NCBI RefSeq assembly: GCF_000017305.1
Contig: NC_009664.2
Span: 720,001 to 752,000, forward strand
Length of the DNA stretch: 32,000 nt
Reading direction: 5' to 3'
Source of the DNA: Kineococcus radiotolerans SRS30216 = ATCC BAA-149
GTDB lineage: Bacteria; Actinomycetota; Actinomycetes; Actinomycetales; Kineococcaceae
Part shown: piece after piece, positions 17,788 to 27,394 of the stretch
Numbering within the stretch: position 1 is the stretch's first letter
Layout of the letters: every line of letters begins with the position of its first letter
The notes under the pieces: model-generated
The model's input: only the letters and a program-made list of their open reading frames with translations
Told to the model about the DNA's origin: nothing
Databases searched by the model: none
Program-made: the position numbers and the translations under genes

Positions 17788-17863
17788 CGGGGTGGACATC
17801 GGTGCCGGGGGCCCGCGCGTTACACCGGCGGTCCCGCTGCTCGTCCCCGCGCCACCCCCCGCG

Positions 17864-18526
17864 TCACCCCCGGGTCGAGACCCGCAGGCCCCCCTCGCCG
17901 GGGGTGATGGCGACCTCGGAGAGGAGCCGGACGACGAGGTCGGCCGCCAGCGGGCCCTCGGGGTGGGTGGTGCGCACGGCGAGCGTCGCGCAGCCCGCGG
18001 CGCGCGCGGCGGTCAGCCCGGCCGGGGCGTCCTCCACGACGAGGCAGTCGGCGGGGTCGACCCCCAGGCGCCGGGCCCCGAGCAGGAAGCAGTCCGGGGC
18101 GGGCTTGCCGCGCTCGACGTCGTCGAAGGTCACCAGCACCGACGGCTCGGGCAGCCCCGCCGCGGTGCGGCGGGCGTCGGCCAGCGGCGCCGAGCAGGAC
18201 GTGACGATCGCCCAGCGCTCGCGGGGCAGGCCGGCCAGCAGGTCCGCGACCCCGGGCAGCTGCACGACGCCGCCGACGTCGTCGACCTCCAGCTCGGTGA
18301 TGCGCGCGGAGGCGGCGGCGGCGCGCTCGGGCCCGACGAGGTCGGCGACGATCTCGGGGGCGGGCCGGCCGTGGCCCGCCGCGGCCACGAGCGCGGCGCG
18401 GGAGACCCCGTGCTCGACGGCCCAGGTCGTCCAGCTGCGGTCGATGGCCGCGGTGGAGTCCACCAGCGTGCCGTCCATGTCGAAGAGGATCGCGGCGAAC
18501 GGGCGGTCCAGGACGCGGGGAGTCAC
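17864..18526 (-). CDS. HAD-IA family hydrolase (sugar-phosphate phosphatase-like)
   Basis: 220 aa. Motif I ILFDMDGTLVDS, motif III GKPAPD, motif IV VVEDAPAG. GTG 18524-18526 has TAGGGT 6 nt upstream. Confidence 0.8.
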   Translation of the reverse strand: MTPRVLDRPFAAILFDMDGTLVDSTAAIDRSWTTWAVEHGVSRAALVAAAGHGRPAPEIVADLVGPERAAAASARITELEVDDVGGVVQLPGVADLLAGLPRERWAIVTSCSAPLADARRTAAGLPEPSVLVTFDDVERGKPAPDCFLLGARRLGVDPADCLVVEDAPAGLTAARAAGCATLAVRTTHPEGPLAADLVVRLLSEVAITPGEGGLRVSTRG

Positions 18527-18532
18527 CTGCGC

Positions 18533-18538
18533 ACCCTA
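18533..18538 (-). promoter_or_regulatory. -10-like hexamer TAGGGT, 6 nt upstream of the HAD GTG (leaderless configuration)
   Basis: Minus strand reads cgTAGGGT-gcgcag-GTG. Confidence 0.45.
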
Positions 18539-18557
18539 CGAGCGGGTCCCGGCGTGG

Positions 18558-18563
18558 CACGGT
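18558..18563 (+). promoter_or_regulatory. -10-like hexamer CACGGT, 6 nt upstream of the dehydroshikimate-dehydratase GTG
   Basis: Plus strand reads gCACGGT-gggggc-GTG (18570). A at position 2 and T at position 6 are conserved. It is weaker than the TAnnnT cases, and the G-run could alternatively act as a Shine-Dalgarno sequence. Confidence 0.3.
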
Positions 18564-18569
18564 GGGGGC

Positions 18570-20360
18570 GTGCAGACGTCCATCGCCACCGTGAGCCTCG
18601 CCGGGTCGTTGGCGGAGAAGCTGCGGGCCGCGGCCGCCGCCGGGTTCGACGCGGTCGAGGTGTTCGAACCCGACCTCGTCGCCTCACCGCTGGCCCCCGC
18701 GCAGGTGCGCGCGCTGGCGGGCGACCTGGGGGTGCGCATCGCCCTCTTCCAGCCCTTCCGCGACCCCGACCACGTCGACCCGGGGGTGCGGGCGCGGACC
18801 GTGCAGCGCCTGCACCGCAAGTGCGAGGTGGTGCGCGAGCTCGGCTGCGACCTGCTGCTGGTCTGCTCCTCGGTGCACCCCGGTGCGGTGCGCGAGGACG
18901 GCGAGCTCGCCGCGCAGCTGCGCGCGCTGGCCGAGGTCGCCGCCGGGCACGGCGTGCGGCTGGCCTACGAGGCGCTGGCCTGGGGCACCCACGTCGCGGA
19001 CTACCGGCACGCCGCCCGGGTCGTGGCCGCGGCCGACCACCCGGCCCTGGGCACCTGCGTGGACTCCTTCCACGTGCTCTCCCGCGGCGACGACCCCGCC
19101 GGCGTCGCGGCGCTGGAGAAGGTGTTCTTCTACCAGGTGGCCGACGCGCCGGCGCTGGGCATGGACCTGCTCCCGCTGAGCCGGCACCACCGCCTCTTCC
19201 CCGGCCAGGGCGGTTTCGACCTCGCCGGCTTCCACCGGGCGGTGCTGGCCAGCGGCTACGACGGACCGGTGTCGCTGGAGGTCTTCAACGACCTGTACCG
19301 GCAGGCGGACCCCGGGCGCACCGCCGTCGACGCGCTGCGGTCGCTGCGGCACCTGGCCGACCTCGCCGAGCCCGGGACCCTGCCCGAGGCCCCCAGCCCC
19401 ACCGGGTGGGCGTTCGTGGAGGTGGCCGCCTCGGAGGAGGGCTCCCCGGCGGTCACGGGCCTGCTGGGCGCCCTGGGCTTCGCCCGCACGGGGACCCACC
19501 GCCGCGGCGAGGTCGACCTCTGGACCAACGGCGGGGTGCGGGTCGTCGTCAACGGCCGCCCGACGCGGGCGCGCGCGCAGCTGTCCTCCCTGGGGCTGCA
19601 GGCGGAGGCCCCGCACGCCCTGGCGCAGCGGTCGCGGGAGCTGCTGGCGGCGGTGGTGCACCGCCCGGTGGGGACGGGCGAGGCGGAGATCCCCTCCCTG
19701 GTCGCCCCGGACGGGACGTGGGTGCAGTTCTGCGGGCGGGCGCCGGACTGGTCCGAGGACTTCCTGCCCGTGCCCGGGCGGGAACCGGCGGCGGGTCCGC
19801 GGCTGCGCGAGGTCGACCACGTGGCGCTGCCGCAGCCGTTCGCGGGCTTCGACTCCGCGGGGTTGTTCCTCACCGCCGTCCTCGGGCTGTGCGGGGGCGA
19901 ACTCAGCGAGATCGCGGCCCCCGACGGGCTGGTGCGCTCCCGGGCGCACTGCTCCGCCGACGGGGCGATCCGGATCGCCCTGGAGGTGGGGCCGACGTCG
20001 GGGCGCCTGCGGGGGCGACCGCTGGCCTCGGGGCACGTCGCGTTCCGGACCGACGACGCCCTCGCCGCCGCCGCCGCCTTCGCCGCCGCGGGCGGGGAGG
20101 CGCTGGAGGTCCCGGAGAACTACTACGCCGACCTCGGCGCCCGCTTCGACCTCGACGCGGGCTTCCTGGACCGCCTGCGCGCCCTGCACGTGCTCTACGA
20201 CCGCGACGAGGCCGGCGGGGAGCTGCTGCACTTCTTCAGCCGCGCGCTGAGCCGGGAGTTCTTCGTCGAGGTGCTGGAGCGGCGGGGCGGCTACCGGGGG
20301 TTCGGGGTGGCCAACACCCCGGTGCGCCTGGCCGCGCAGCGCCGGGCGCCGGGGGAATGA
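18570..20360 (+). CDS. Fused xylose-isomerase-like TIM-barrel + 4-hydroxyphenylpyruvate-dioxygenase-like (VOC) protein, i.e. QuiC1/QsuB-type 3-dehydroshikimate dehydratase (596 aa)
   Basis: N-terminal half is an AP-endonuclease-2/sugar-phosphate-isomerase TIM barrel (SIATVSL-GSL-EKL-AAA-AGFD-VE-FE-DL; LAYEALAWG; VDSFH). C-terminal half is HPPD-like, ending FFEVLERRGGY-GFG--N---R-AAQ. GTG 18570 is the only plausible start. The upstream 425 codons of the track ORF are antisense to dapA/HAD. Confidence 0.72.
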   Translation: MQTSIATVSLAGSLAEKLRAAAAAGFDAVEVFEPDLVASPLAPAQVRALAGDLGVRIALFQPFRDPDHVDPGVRARTVQRLHRKCEVVRELGCDLLLVCSSVHPGAVREDGELAAQLRALAEVAAGHGVRLAYEALAWGTHVADYRHAARVVAAADHPALGTCVDSFHVLSRGDDPAGVAALEKVFFYQVADAPALGMDLLPLSRHHRLFPGQGGFDLAGFHRAVLASGYDGPVSLEVFNDLYRQADPGRTAVDALRSLRHLADLAEPGTLPEAPSPTGWAFVEVAASEEGSPAVTGLLGALGFARTGTHRRGEVDLWTNGGVRVVVNGRPTRARAQLSSLGLQAEAPHALAQRSRELLAAVVHRPVGTGEAEIPSLVAPDGTWVQFCGRAPDWSEDFLPVPGREPAAGPRLREVDHVALPQPFAGFDSAGLFLTAVLGLCGGELSEIAAPDGLVRSRAHCSADGAIRIALEVGPTSGRLRGRPLASGHVAFRTDDALAAAAAFAAAGGEALEVPENYYADLGARFDLDAGFLDRLRALHVLYDRDEAGGELLHFFSRALSREFFVEVLERRGGYRGFGVANTPVRLAAQRRAPGE

Positions 20361-20364
20361 CCCC

Positions 20365-21276
20365 TCAGGGCAGCAGGACGATGCGGCCCTGGGGGTGGGG
20401 GCGTTCGGCCATGGCGAAGGCCTCCTGCACCCGCGAGAGCGGGAACGACCCGGCGATGGGGACGTGGAGGCGGTCCGCGGCCACCAGCGCGGCCAGCTCG
20501 GCCAGGACCTCCGGGCACCGGGCCGGGTGGGGGCCGAACTCCAGGTCGGCCTCGACCGGCGGCGCGGCGACGGCCCGGGCCGGGAGCACCCCCAGGGCGC
20601 GGGTCAAGGGTTCCAGGTCGACCCCGGTGGTGTCGACGACCGCGTCGACCCGCGTCCCGCGCACCCGCAGGAGCCGGGCCAGCCCCTCGACGTCGTCGGT
20701 GGGGGCCACGGCGTCGGCGCCGTGGGCGTGCAGCCAGGCGTGGTCGGCGGGGTCGGCGACCCCGACGACGGTGGCGCCGCAGAGGCGGGCGAGCTGGACG
20801 GCGAGGGTGCCGACGTCGGAGGTCGCGCCGAGGACGAGGACGCGGTCCCCGTCGCGCACCCCGGCGCTCTCCACGCAGGAGTAGGCGGTGACCCCGGTGA
20901 CGTAGAGGGCGCCGGCGACCTCCCAGGACACGCCCTCGGGCTTGGGGACGACGGCCTCGGCCGGGACGACCACGACGTCGGCGTGCCCCCCGCGCTCGGG
21001 GCTCCAGCCCAGGACCTCCTCGCCCACGGCGACCGATTCGACGCCGGGGCCGGTGCCGGTGACGACGCCGGCGAACTCCACGCCGGTGCCGGCGGGGAAG
21101 GCCGTGGGGTAGAGCTGGGCGAGCGCCCCCTCGCGGGCCGCGGACTCCGCCGCCGTCACCCCCGCGGCGCGGACGGTGACCCGGACCTCACCGGCCCCGG
21201 GGGCCGGGGACGGCACGTCGACGACGTGCAGGACGTCCGGACCGCCCCACCGCTCGAACCGCACCGCTCTGCTCAT
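20365..21276 (-). CDS. Medium-chain dehydrogenase/reductase, NADPH:quinone-oxidoreductase-like (zeta-crystallin family)
   Basis: 303 aa. GEV-V-V-AAGV, G-EFAGVV, and Rossmann stretch VLVLGATSDVGTLAVQLARLCGATVVGV. No structural-zinc Cys cluster. Stop lies only 4 nt from the convergent stop at 20360. Confidence 0.78.
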   Translation of the reverse strand: MSRAVRFERWGGPDVLHVVDVPSPAPGAGEVRVTVRAAGVTAAESAAREGALAQLYPTAFPAGTGVEFAGVVTGTGPGVESVAVGEEVLGWSPERGGHADVVVVPAEAVVPKPEGVSWEVAGALYVTGVTAYSCVESAGVRDGDRVLVLGATSDVGTLAVQLARLCGATVVGVADPADHAWLHAHGADAVAPTDDVEGLARLLRVRGTRVDAVVDTTGVDLEPLTRALGVLPARAVAAPPVEADLEFGPHPARCPEVLAELAALVAADRLHVPIAGSFPLSRVQEAFAMAERPHPQGRIVLLP

Positions 21277-21346
21277 GCCCCGAGGGTGTCCCGAACCCGC
21301 GGCGAGGGCAACCCTGCGCGGGGCGCGGGCGGACCGGGCCCCGCGA

Positions 21347-21364
21347 GGACGGGTGCCCCCGTCC
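21347..21364 (-). terminator. Short hairpin immediately after the holin-X-like gene stop
   Basis: ggacggg / tgcc / cccgtcc (7-bp stem, 4-nt loop), 6 nt downstream of the stop at 21370-21372. Confidence 0.3.
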
Positions 21365-21369
21365 GGCCC

Positions 21370-21759
21370 TCAGGAGGACCGGCGGGCGGCGCGGACGTCG
21401 TCGCGGACGCTGGCGATGGTCTCCTCGGGCCAGATCGACCCCACGCGCTTGATCTCGGCCAGCCCCGACGCCCCGAGGGCCGCGGCGCCCCCGGCGTAGA
21501 GCAGCGTCGCGGCGAGGGCGGCGCCGGAGGGGGGCAGCACCTTGCCCAGGAAGCGGACGGTGAAGGCGGCCGAGGTGCCCGCCGCCAGCCCGCCGAGCAC
21601 CGCGGCACCCCCCAGGAGCGCGGCGCCGCGGGAGGCCTCCCGGGCCTTGGCCAGCAGTTCCCGCTGGCCGCGGCGCACCTCCAGGCGGACCAGCTCGGCG
21701 GTGTCGGAGGTGAGTTCGTCGACGAGTTCGCCCGCGGTGCGGCGCGGCTGATCGGTCAT
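21370..21759 (-). CDS. Small two-TM membrane protein of the 'putative actinobacterial holin-X' (holin superfamily III-like) family
   Basis: 129 aa from ATG 21757-21759. Charged amphipathic N-terminus GELVDELTSDTAELVRLEVRRGQRELLAKAREASRG, followed by two Gly/Ala-rich hydrophobic helices (AALLGGAAVLGGLAAG...; ALAATLLYAGGAAALGASGL). The rest of the 593-aa track ORF is antisense to the formaldehyde dehydrogenase. Confidence 0.62.
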   Translation of the reverse strand: MTDQPRRTAGELVDELTSDTAELVRLEVRRGQRELLAKAREASRGAALLGGAAVLGGLAAGTSAAFTVRFLGKVLPPSGAALAATLLYAGGAAALGASGLAEIKRVGSIWPEETIASVRDDVRAARRSS

Positions 21760-21888
21760 GCCCGGAGTCTGCCCCGGCTCCCGGCCGCCCGCCCGTCCGC
21801 AGGCGCAGGATGGTTGCTCGAACGCGCGACCACCGGGCCCCGGGGCGAGGATCGGGGCGTCAGCGAACGCAGCGAGGGAGGAGCGACC

Positions 21889-23031
<1,143 letters not shown>

Positions 23032-23036
23032 ACCCG

Positions 23037-23070
23037 GCCGGGGGCCCGACCTGCGGGCCGGGCCCCCGGC
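23037..23070 (+). terminator. Hairpin after the formaldehyde dehydrogenase stop
   Basis: gccgggggcccg (23037-23048) / 10-nt loop / cgggcccccggc (23059-23070). This is a 12-bp perfect GC stem starting 6 nt after the TGA (23029-23031). Confidence 0.5.
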
Positions 23071-23073
23071 TCC

Positions 23074-23079
23074 TAGGGT
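23074..23079 (+). promoter_or_regulatory. -10-like hexamer TAGGGT, 7 nt upstream of GTG 23087 (leaderless start candidate for pgmB)
   Basis: Plus strand reads cTAGGGT-gcgggac-GTG(23087). The hexamer overlaps the alternative GTG at 23078. Confidence 0.4.
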
Positions 23080-23845
23080 GCGGGACGTGCTCGGACTCCC
23101 GGACGACGTGACCGCCCTGCTCTTCGACCTCGACGGTGTCCTCACCGACACCGCCTCCGTCCACGACGCGGCCTGGACAGCGACGTTCGACGCCTACCTG
23201 CACGAACGCGCCGACCACCTCGGGGAGGAGTTCCGCCCCTTCGACCCCGTCGAGGACTACGCCCGCCACGTCGACGGGAAACCGCGCCCCGACGGGGTCC
23301 GCGACTTCCTCGCCAGCCGCGGGATCGAACTGCCCGAGGGGGACGCCGACGACCCGGTCGACCAGGCGTTCGCGGACGTCACCGTCGCCGGGCTGGGCAA
23401 CCGGAAGAACGCTGACCTGCTGCGGCGCATCGCGACCGACGGGGTGACGGTCTACGAGGGTTCCCGGCGCTACCTGCAGGCCGCGCAGGAGGCCGGGCTG
23501 CGCCGGGCGGTGGTCTCCTCCAGCGCGAACACCCAGCAGGTGCTGGAGGTCACCGGGCTCGCGCGGTTCGTCGAGGAACGCGTCGACGGGCTGACGCTGC
23601 GGGAGCGGGGCCTGAGGGGCAAACCCGCCCCGGACAGCTTCCTGGCCGGGGCCGCGGCGCTCGGGGTGGACCCCGCCCGCGCCGCCGTCTTCGAGGACGC
23701 GCTGTCCGGGGTCGAGGCGGGCCGCGCCGGCGGCTTCGGCGTCGTCGTCGGCGTGGACCGCGTCGGGCACGCCGACGCGCTGCGCGCGCACGGGGCGGAC
23801 GTCGTCGTGCAGGACCTCGACGAACTGCTGGACGGGCCCCGGTGA
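23078..23845 (+). CDS. pgmB: Beta-phosphoglucomutase-family HAD hydrolase
   Basis: [12 protein letters not shown] (motif I), [21 protein letters not shown]. It sits directly upstream of, and is coupled by GTGA overlap to, a GH65 phosphorylase. Start is GTG 23078 (longest) or, more likely if leaderless, in-frame GTG 23087. Confidence 0.85.
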   Translation: MRDVLGLPDDVTALLFDLDGVLTDTASVHDAAWTATFDAYLHERADHLGEEFRPFDPVEDYARHVDGKPRPDGVRDFLASRGIELPEGDADDPVDQAFADVTVAGLGNRKNADLLRRIATDGVTVYEGSRRYLQAAQEAGLRRAVVSSSANTQQVLEVTGLARFVEERVDGLTLRERGLRGKPAPDSFLAGAAALGVDPARAAVFEDALSGVEAGRAGGFGVVVGVDRVGHADALRAHGADVVVQDLDELLDGPR

Positions 23846-26214
23846 TCGCCCAGGACACCTTCCCCGTCGAACCCTGGTGCGTGCGGGAGAACCGCCTGGA
23901 CCTCGGGATCCTCGGCAACACCGAGTCCGTCTTCGCGCTGTCCAACGGGCACATCGGTTTCCGCGGGAACCTCGACGAGGGCGAACCCCACGGCCTGCCC
24001 GGCACCTACCTGAACTCCTTCTACGAGGAACGCCCCCTCCCCTACGCCGAAGCCGGGTACGGCTACCCCGAGGTCGGCCAGACCGTCGTCAACGTCACCG
24101 ACGGCAAGATCGTGCGGTTGTTCGTCGACGACGAGCCCTTCGACGTCCGCTACGGGACCCTGACCGCCCACGAGCGGGTGCTCGACCTGCGGGCGGGCAC
24201 CCTGGTGCGGACGGCGGAGTGGACCTCCCCGGTCGGCAAGCGCGTCCGGATCCGCACGACCCGGCTGGTGTCGTTCGTGCAGCGGGCGGTCGCCGCCGTC
24301 GAGTACGTCGTCGAGGCCGTCGACGCCGGTGCCCGCATCACCCTGCAGTCCGAACTGGTCGCCAACGAGGTCCTGCCCGAGCAGTCCGACGACCCGCGGG
24401 TGGCGGCCGTGCTGCGCTCCCCGCTGGTCGGGGTCGAGCACGACTCCGGCCGGGCCGGGGCCACCCTGGTGCACCGGACCCGCGCGAGCGGCCTGCAGAT
24501 GGCCGCGGGGATGGAGAACCACGTCGAGGCCCCCGGCAGGGTGGACGTCGAGACCCACGACGCCGAGGACTGGGCCCGCACGACGGTCGTGTGCGCGCTG
24601 GCGGCGGGTGAACGGGTGCGGCTGACCAAGTTCATCGCCTACGGCTGGTCGGGGCTGCGGTCGCAGCCGGCGCTGCGCGACCAGGTGGCCGGGGCGCTCA
24701 GCGGGGCGCGGTTCACCGGGTTCGAGGGGCTGCTGCGCGAGCAGCGGGAGTACCTCGACGAGTTCTGGGACTCCGCCGACGTCGAGGTCGAGGGGGACGC
24801 GGAGGTCCAGCAGGCCGTGCGCTTCGCGCTGTTCCACGTCCTGCAGGCCGGGGCGCGGGCCGAGGGGCGGGGGATCCCCGGCAAGGGGCTGACCGGCCCG
24901 GGGTACGACGGCCACACGTTCTGGGACACCGAGGCCTACGTCCTGCCCGTCCTCACCTACACCGCCCCCGAGGCCGTCGCCGACGCGCTGCGCTGGCGCG
25001 CCTCCACGATCGGGCTCGCCCGCCAGCGCGCCGGGGTCCTCGGCCTGCGCGGGGCGGCGTTCCCGTGGCGGACGATCCGGGGCGAGGAGTCCTCGGGGTA
25101 CTGGCCCGCGGGGACGGCGGCGTTCCACGTGAACGCCGACATCGCCGCCGCGGTGGAGCGCTACCGGGTCGCCACCGGCAGCGAGGCCCTGGAGGGCGAC
25201 GGCGGGCTGCTGGTCCTGGTGGAGACGGCGCGGCTGTGGATGTCGCTGGGCCACCACGACGCGGCCGGCCGCTGGCACGTCGCGGGCGTCACCGGGCCCG
25301 ACGAGTACACCGCGGTGGTCAACGACAACCTCTTCACCAACCTCGCCGCCGCGCAGAACCTCCGCGTCGCCGCGCAGGCCTGCCAGCGCCACCCGGACCT
25401 GGCCCGGTCCCTGGGCGTGGACCTGGAGGAGCAGGCGTCCTGGCGCGACGCCGCGGACGCGGTGCACGTCCCCTACGACGAGGACCTGCGGGTGCACCAG
25501 CAGTGCGAGGGCTTCACCCGCCTGCCCGAGTGGGACTTCACCGTGAACGCGAAGTACCCGCTGCTGCTGCACTCGCCGTACTTCGACCTCTACCGCCGCC
25601 AGGTCGTCAAGCAGGCCGACCTGCAGATGGCGCTGTTCTGGTTCCCCGACCGGTTCAGCGACGAGGACAAGGCCCGCGCGGTGGACTACTACGAGCGGCG
25701 CACCGTGCGCGACTCCTCGTTGTCCGCGGCCATCCAGGCCATCACCGCCGCCGAGGTCGGCCACCTGGAACTGGCCCACGACTACGTCTACGAGGCCGCG
25801 ACGGTCGACCTGCGCGACCTGCACCACAACTCCGCCGACGGCCTGCACATGGCCTCCCTCGCCGGGACGTGGCTGGCCCTGGTCCAGGGTTTCGGGGGGA
25901 TGCGGGACACCGGCGGGCAGCTCGGTTTCCGGCCCCGGCTGCCGCACGGGATCAGCCGGCTGAGGTTCAGCATCCGCTGGCGCGACGCGAAGGTCTGCGT
26001 CGACGTCCGCGGCCAGGAGGTCACGTACACGATGCGCGACCACGGGTCCAGCGTCGAGCTCCTCCACGACGGGGAGGCCGTCACGGTCCGCGCCGGCTCC
26101 CCGGTGGTCCGTCCCCTCGCCCACGTCGAGCCGCTGCTGCCGCGCCCGGTGCAGCCGCCGGGGCGGGAACCGGCGCACCGCCAGCACGGGCTGGGGGCGC
26201 GTCCGCCCCGGTGA
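23842..26214 (+). CDS. Glycoside hydrolase family 65 disaccharide phosphorylase (maltose/trehalose/kojibiose-phosphorylase type; substrate unresolved)
   Basis: 790 aa. F-L-NG-(I/L)G-RG N-terminal domain. (alpha/alpha)6 core with [11 protein letters not shown] and the catalytic-acid context [11 protein letters not shown] 23842 overlaps the pgmB TGA (23843-23845). Confidence 0.9.
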   Translation: MIAQDTFPVEPWCVRENRLDLGILGNTESVFALSNGHIGFRGNLDEGEPHGLPGTYLNSFYEERPLPYAEAGYGYPEVGQTVVNVTDGKIVRLFVDDEPFDVRYGTLTAHERVLDLRAGTLVRTAEWTSPVGKRVRIRTTRLVSFVQRAVAAVEYVVEAVDAGARITLQSELVANEVLPEQSDDPRVAAVLRSPLVGVEHDSGRAGATLVHRTRASGLQMAAGMENHVEAPGRVDVETHDAEDWARTTVVCALAAGERVRLTKFIAYGWSGLRSQPALRDQVAGALSGARFTGFEGLLREQREYLDEFWDSADVEVEGDAEVQQAVRFALFHVLQAGARAEGRGIPGKGLTGPGYDGHTFWDTEAYVLPVLTYTAPEAVADALRWRASTIGLARQRAGVLGLRGAAFPWRTIRGEESSGYWPAGTAAFHVNADIAAAVERYRVATGSEALEGDGGLLVLVETARLWMSLGHHDAAGRWHVAGVTGPDEYTAVVNDNLFTNLAAAQNLRVAAQACQRHPDLARSLGVDLEEQASWRDAADAVHVPYDEDLRVHQQCEGFTRLPEWDFTVNAKYPLLLHSPYFDLYRRQVVKQADLQMALFWFPDRFSDEDKARAVDYYERRTVRDSSLSAAIQAITAAEVGHLELAHDYVYEAATVDLRDLHHNSADGLHMASLAGTWLALVQGFGGMRDTGGQLGFRPRLPHGISRLRFSIRWRDAKVCVDVRGQEVTYTMRDHGSSVELLHDGEAVTVRAGSPVVRPLAHVEPLLPRPVQPPGREPAHRQHGLGARPPR

Positions 26215-26981
26215 GCGGGCCGGGGCACTTCGAGAGCCGGGCCGAGGTGTACGACCGGGCCCGTCCGCCCTACCCGCAGGCCCTCTGGGACCGGTTGCGC
26301 GAGCTGGGGCTGCTCCGGTCCGGGGCACGGGTCGTGGAGCTGGGGGCGGGCAGCGGCCTGGCCACCGCGCCCCTGGTCGCCGCGGGCGCCCGGGTGACGG
26401 CCGTCGAACCCGGCCCCGCGCTGGCGGGTCTGCTCCGCCGCCGCCTGCCCGCGGTGACCGTCCACGAGACGACCGCGGAGGCGGCCCGCTTCGACCCCGG
26501 GTCGTTCGACCTGGCGGTCGCGGCCACGGCGGTGCACTGGTTCGACCTCGACGTCGTCCTGCCCGCGCTGCACGGCTGGCTGCGTCCCGACGGCGCCCTC
26601 GTGGTCTTCCGCCACGCCTTCGGCGACCCGACCGTCGCCCCCACCCCCTTCCGGGCGCGGGTCGCGGCGATCACCGGGCGCCGTGGCGGCCCCCCGCGGC
26701 CCGGCCCGGGCGAGCTCGACACGCAGGAGTGGGCGACCCGGCTCAGCGGGGGCGGGCGCTTCGCGCCCAGCCACGTCGAGGAGTTCCGCTGGCGGGCGGA
26801 GCTGTCCGCGGACGGGGTCCGGGACCTGTTCTCCACGTTCAGCGACTGGTCCCCGGCCGAGGTCGCCGAGGCCGGCCGGGCCGTGGAGGACCTCGGCGGG
26901 CGGGTCGTCGAGCACTACGTCGTCCCGCTGATCGTGCTGCGCCGTCGCCGGGTCCCCCCGGTGCTACGGTCCGCCGTGTGA
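26211..26981 (+). CDS. Class I SAM-dependent methyltransferase
   Basis: 256 aa. Motif I VVELGAGSGLAT, post-I VTAVEP, motif II/III DLAVAATAVHWF...LRPDGALVVF. GTG 26211 overlaps the GH65 TGA (26212-26214). Confidence 0.8.
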   Translation: MSGPGHFESRAEVYDRARPPYPQALWDRLRELGLLRSGARVVELGAGSGLATAPLVAAGARVTAVEPGPALAGLLRRRLPAVTVHETTAEAARFDPGSFDLAVAATAVHWFDLDVVLPALHGWLRPDGALVVFRHAFGDPTVAPTPFRARVAAITGRRGGPPRPGPGELDTQEWATRLSGGGRFAPSHVEEFRWRAELSADGVRDLFSTFSDWSPAEVAEAGRAVEDLGGRVVEHYVVPLIVLRRRRVPPVLRSAV

Positions 26982-27382
26982 CGGTGATCCAGTTCGAGGG
27001 GGTGACGGTGCTCGCCGACGACGTGGCGGGCACCGCGGGGTTCTACGAGCACGCCCTCGGGTTCGAGGTGGTGGTGCGCGAGACGGACTACGTCGCCTTC
27101 GACACCGGGACGGGCGTGCGGCTGGCCGTCTTCCGGCGCTCGGGGATGGGCGCGCACACCCACGACCACCCCTCGTTCCGCCAGCCCCGCAGCGGGCAGG
27201 CGGTGGAGCTGAACTTCCGGTGCGCCACCCCGCAGGAGGTGCGCGAACGCTTCGCCGGGCTGGTCGCCCGCGGGGCGGTGGTGGTCGCGGAACCGGCCGA
27301 CCGCGACTGGGGGCAGATCGCCGGCTTCTTCGCCGACCCCGAGGGCAACGTCCACTCGCTGTTCGCCGACCTCCCGGCCTGA
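26978..27382 (+). CDS. VOC (glyoxalase/bleomycin-resistance/dioxygenase) family protein
   Basis: 134 aa. FYEHALGFEVV...D--GN-H-LF pattern of single-domain VOC proteins. GTG 26978 overlaps the methyltransferase TGA (26979-26981). An alternative GTG is at 26984. Confidence 0.72.
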   Translation: MTVIQFEGVTVLADDVAGTAGFYEHALGFEVVVRETDYVAFDTGTGVRLAVFRRSGMGAHTHDHPSFRQPRSGQAVELNFRCATPQEVRERFAGLVARGAVVVAEPADRDWGQIAGFFADPEGNVHSLFADLPA

Positions 27383-27394
27383 TCGGCGCCCGCC

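Noticed and set aside
17639-17863. Lysine riboswitch (L-box) or other leader RNA in the 225-nt region upstream of dapA; also the 74-aa ORF 17575-17799
   Set aside because: The best -10 (TAACCT) is only 6 nt from the dapA ATG, leaving no leader for a riboswitch. I could not recognise the multi-helix L-box architecture. The region is better explained as the HAD terminator hairpin plus a G-rich repeat. The 74-aa ORF overlaps the dapA start and is Arg/Pro-rich.
21370-21759. Holin as evidence of a prophage or lysis cassette
   Set aside because: There is no endolysin, spanin, capsid, tail, terminase or integrase gene, and no att-like repeat anywhere in the window. The neighbours are ordinary oxidoreductases.
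23078-23086. GTG 23078 as the definitive pgmB start
   Set aside because: It is not fully rejected and is kept as the reported coordinate because it is the longest ORF. However, it overlaps the TAGGGT hexamer. The in-frame GTG at 23087 has the N7 leaderless geometry and gives a typical short beta-PGM N-terminus ([17 protein letters not shown]). The true start is probably 23087.
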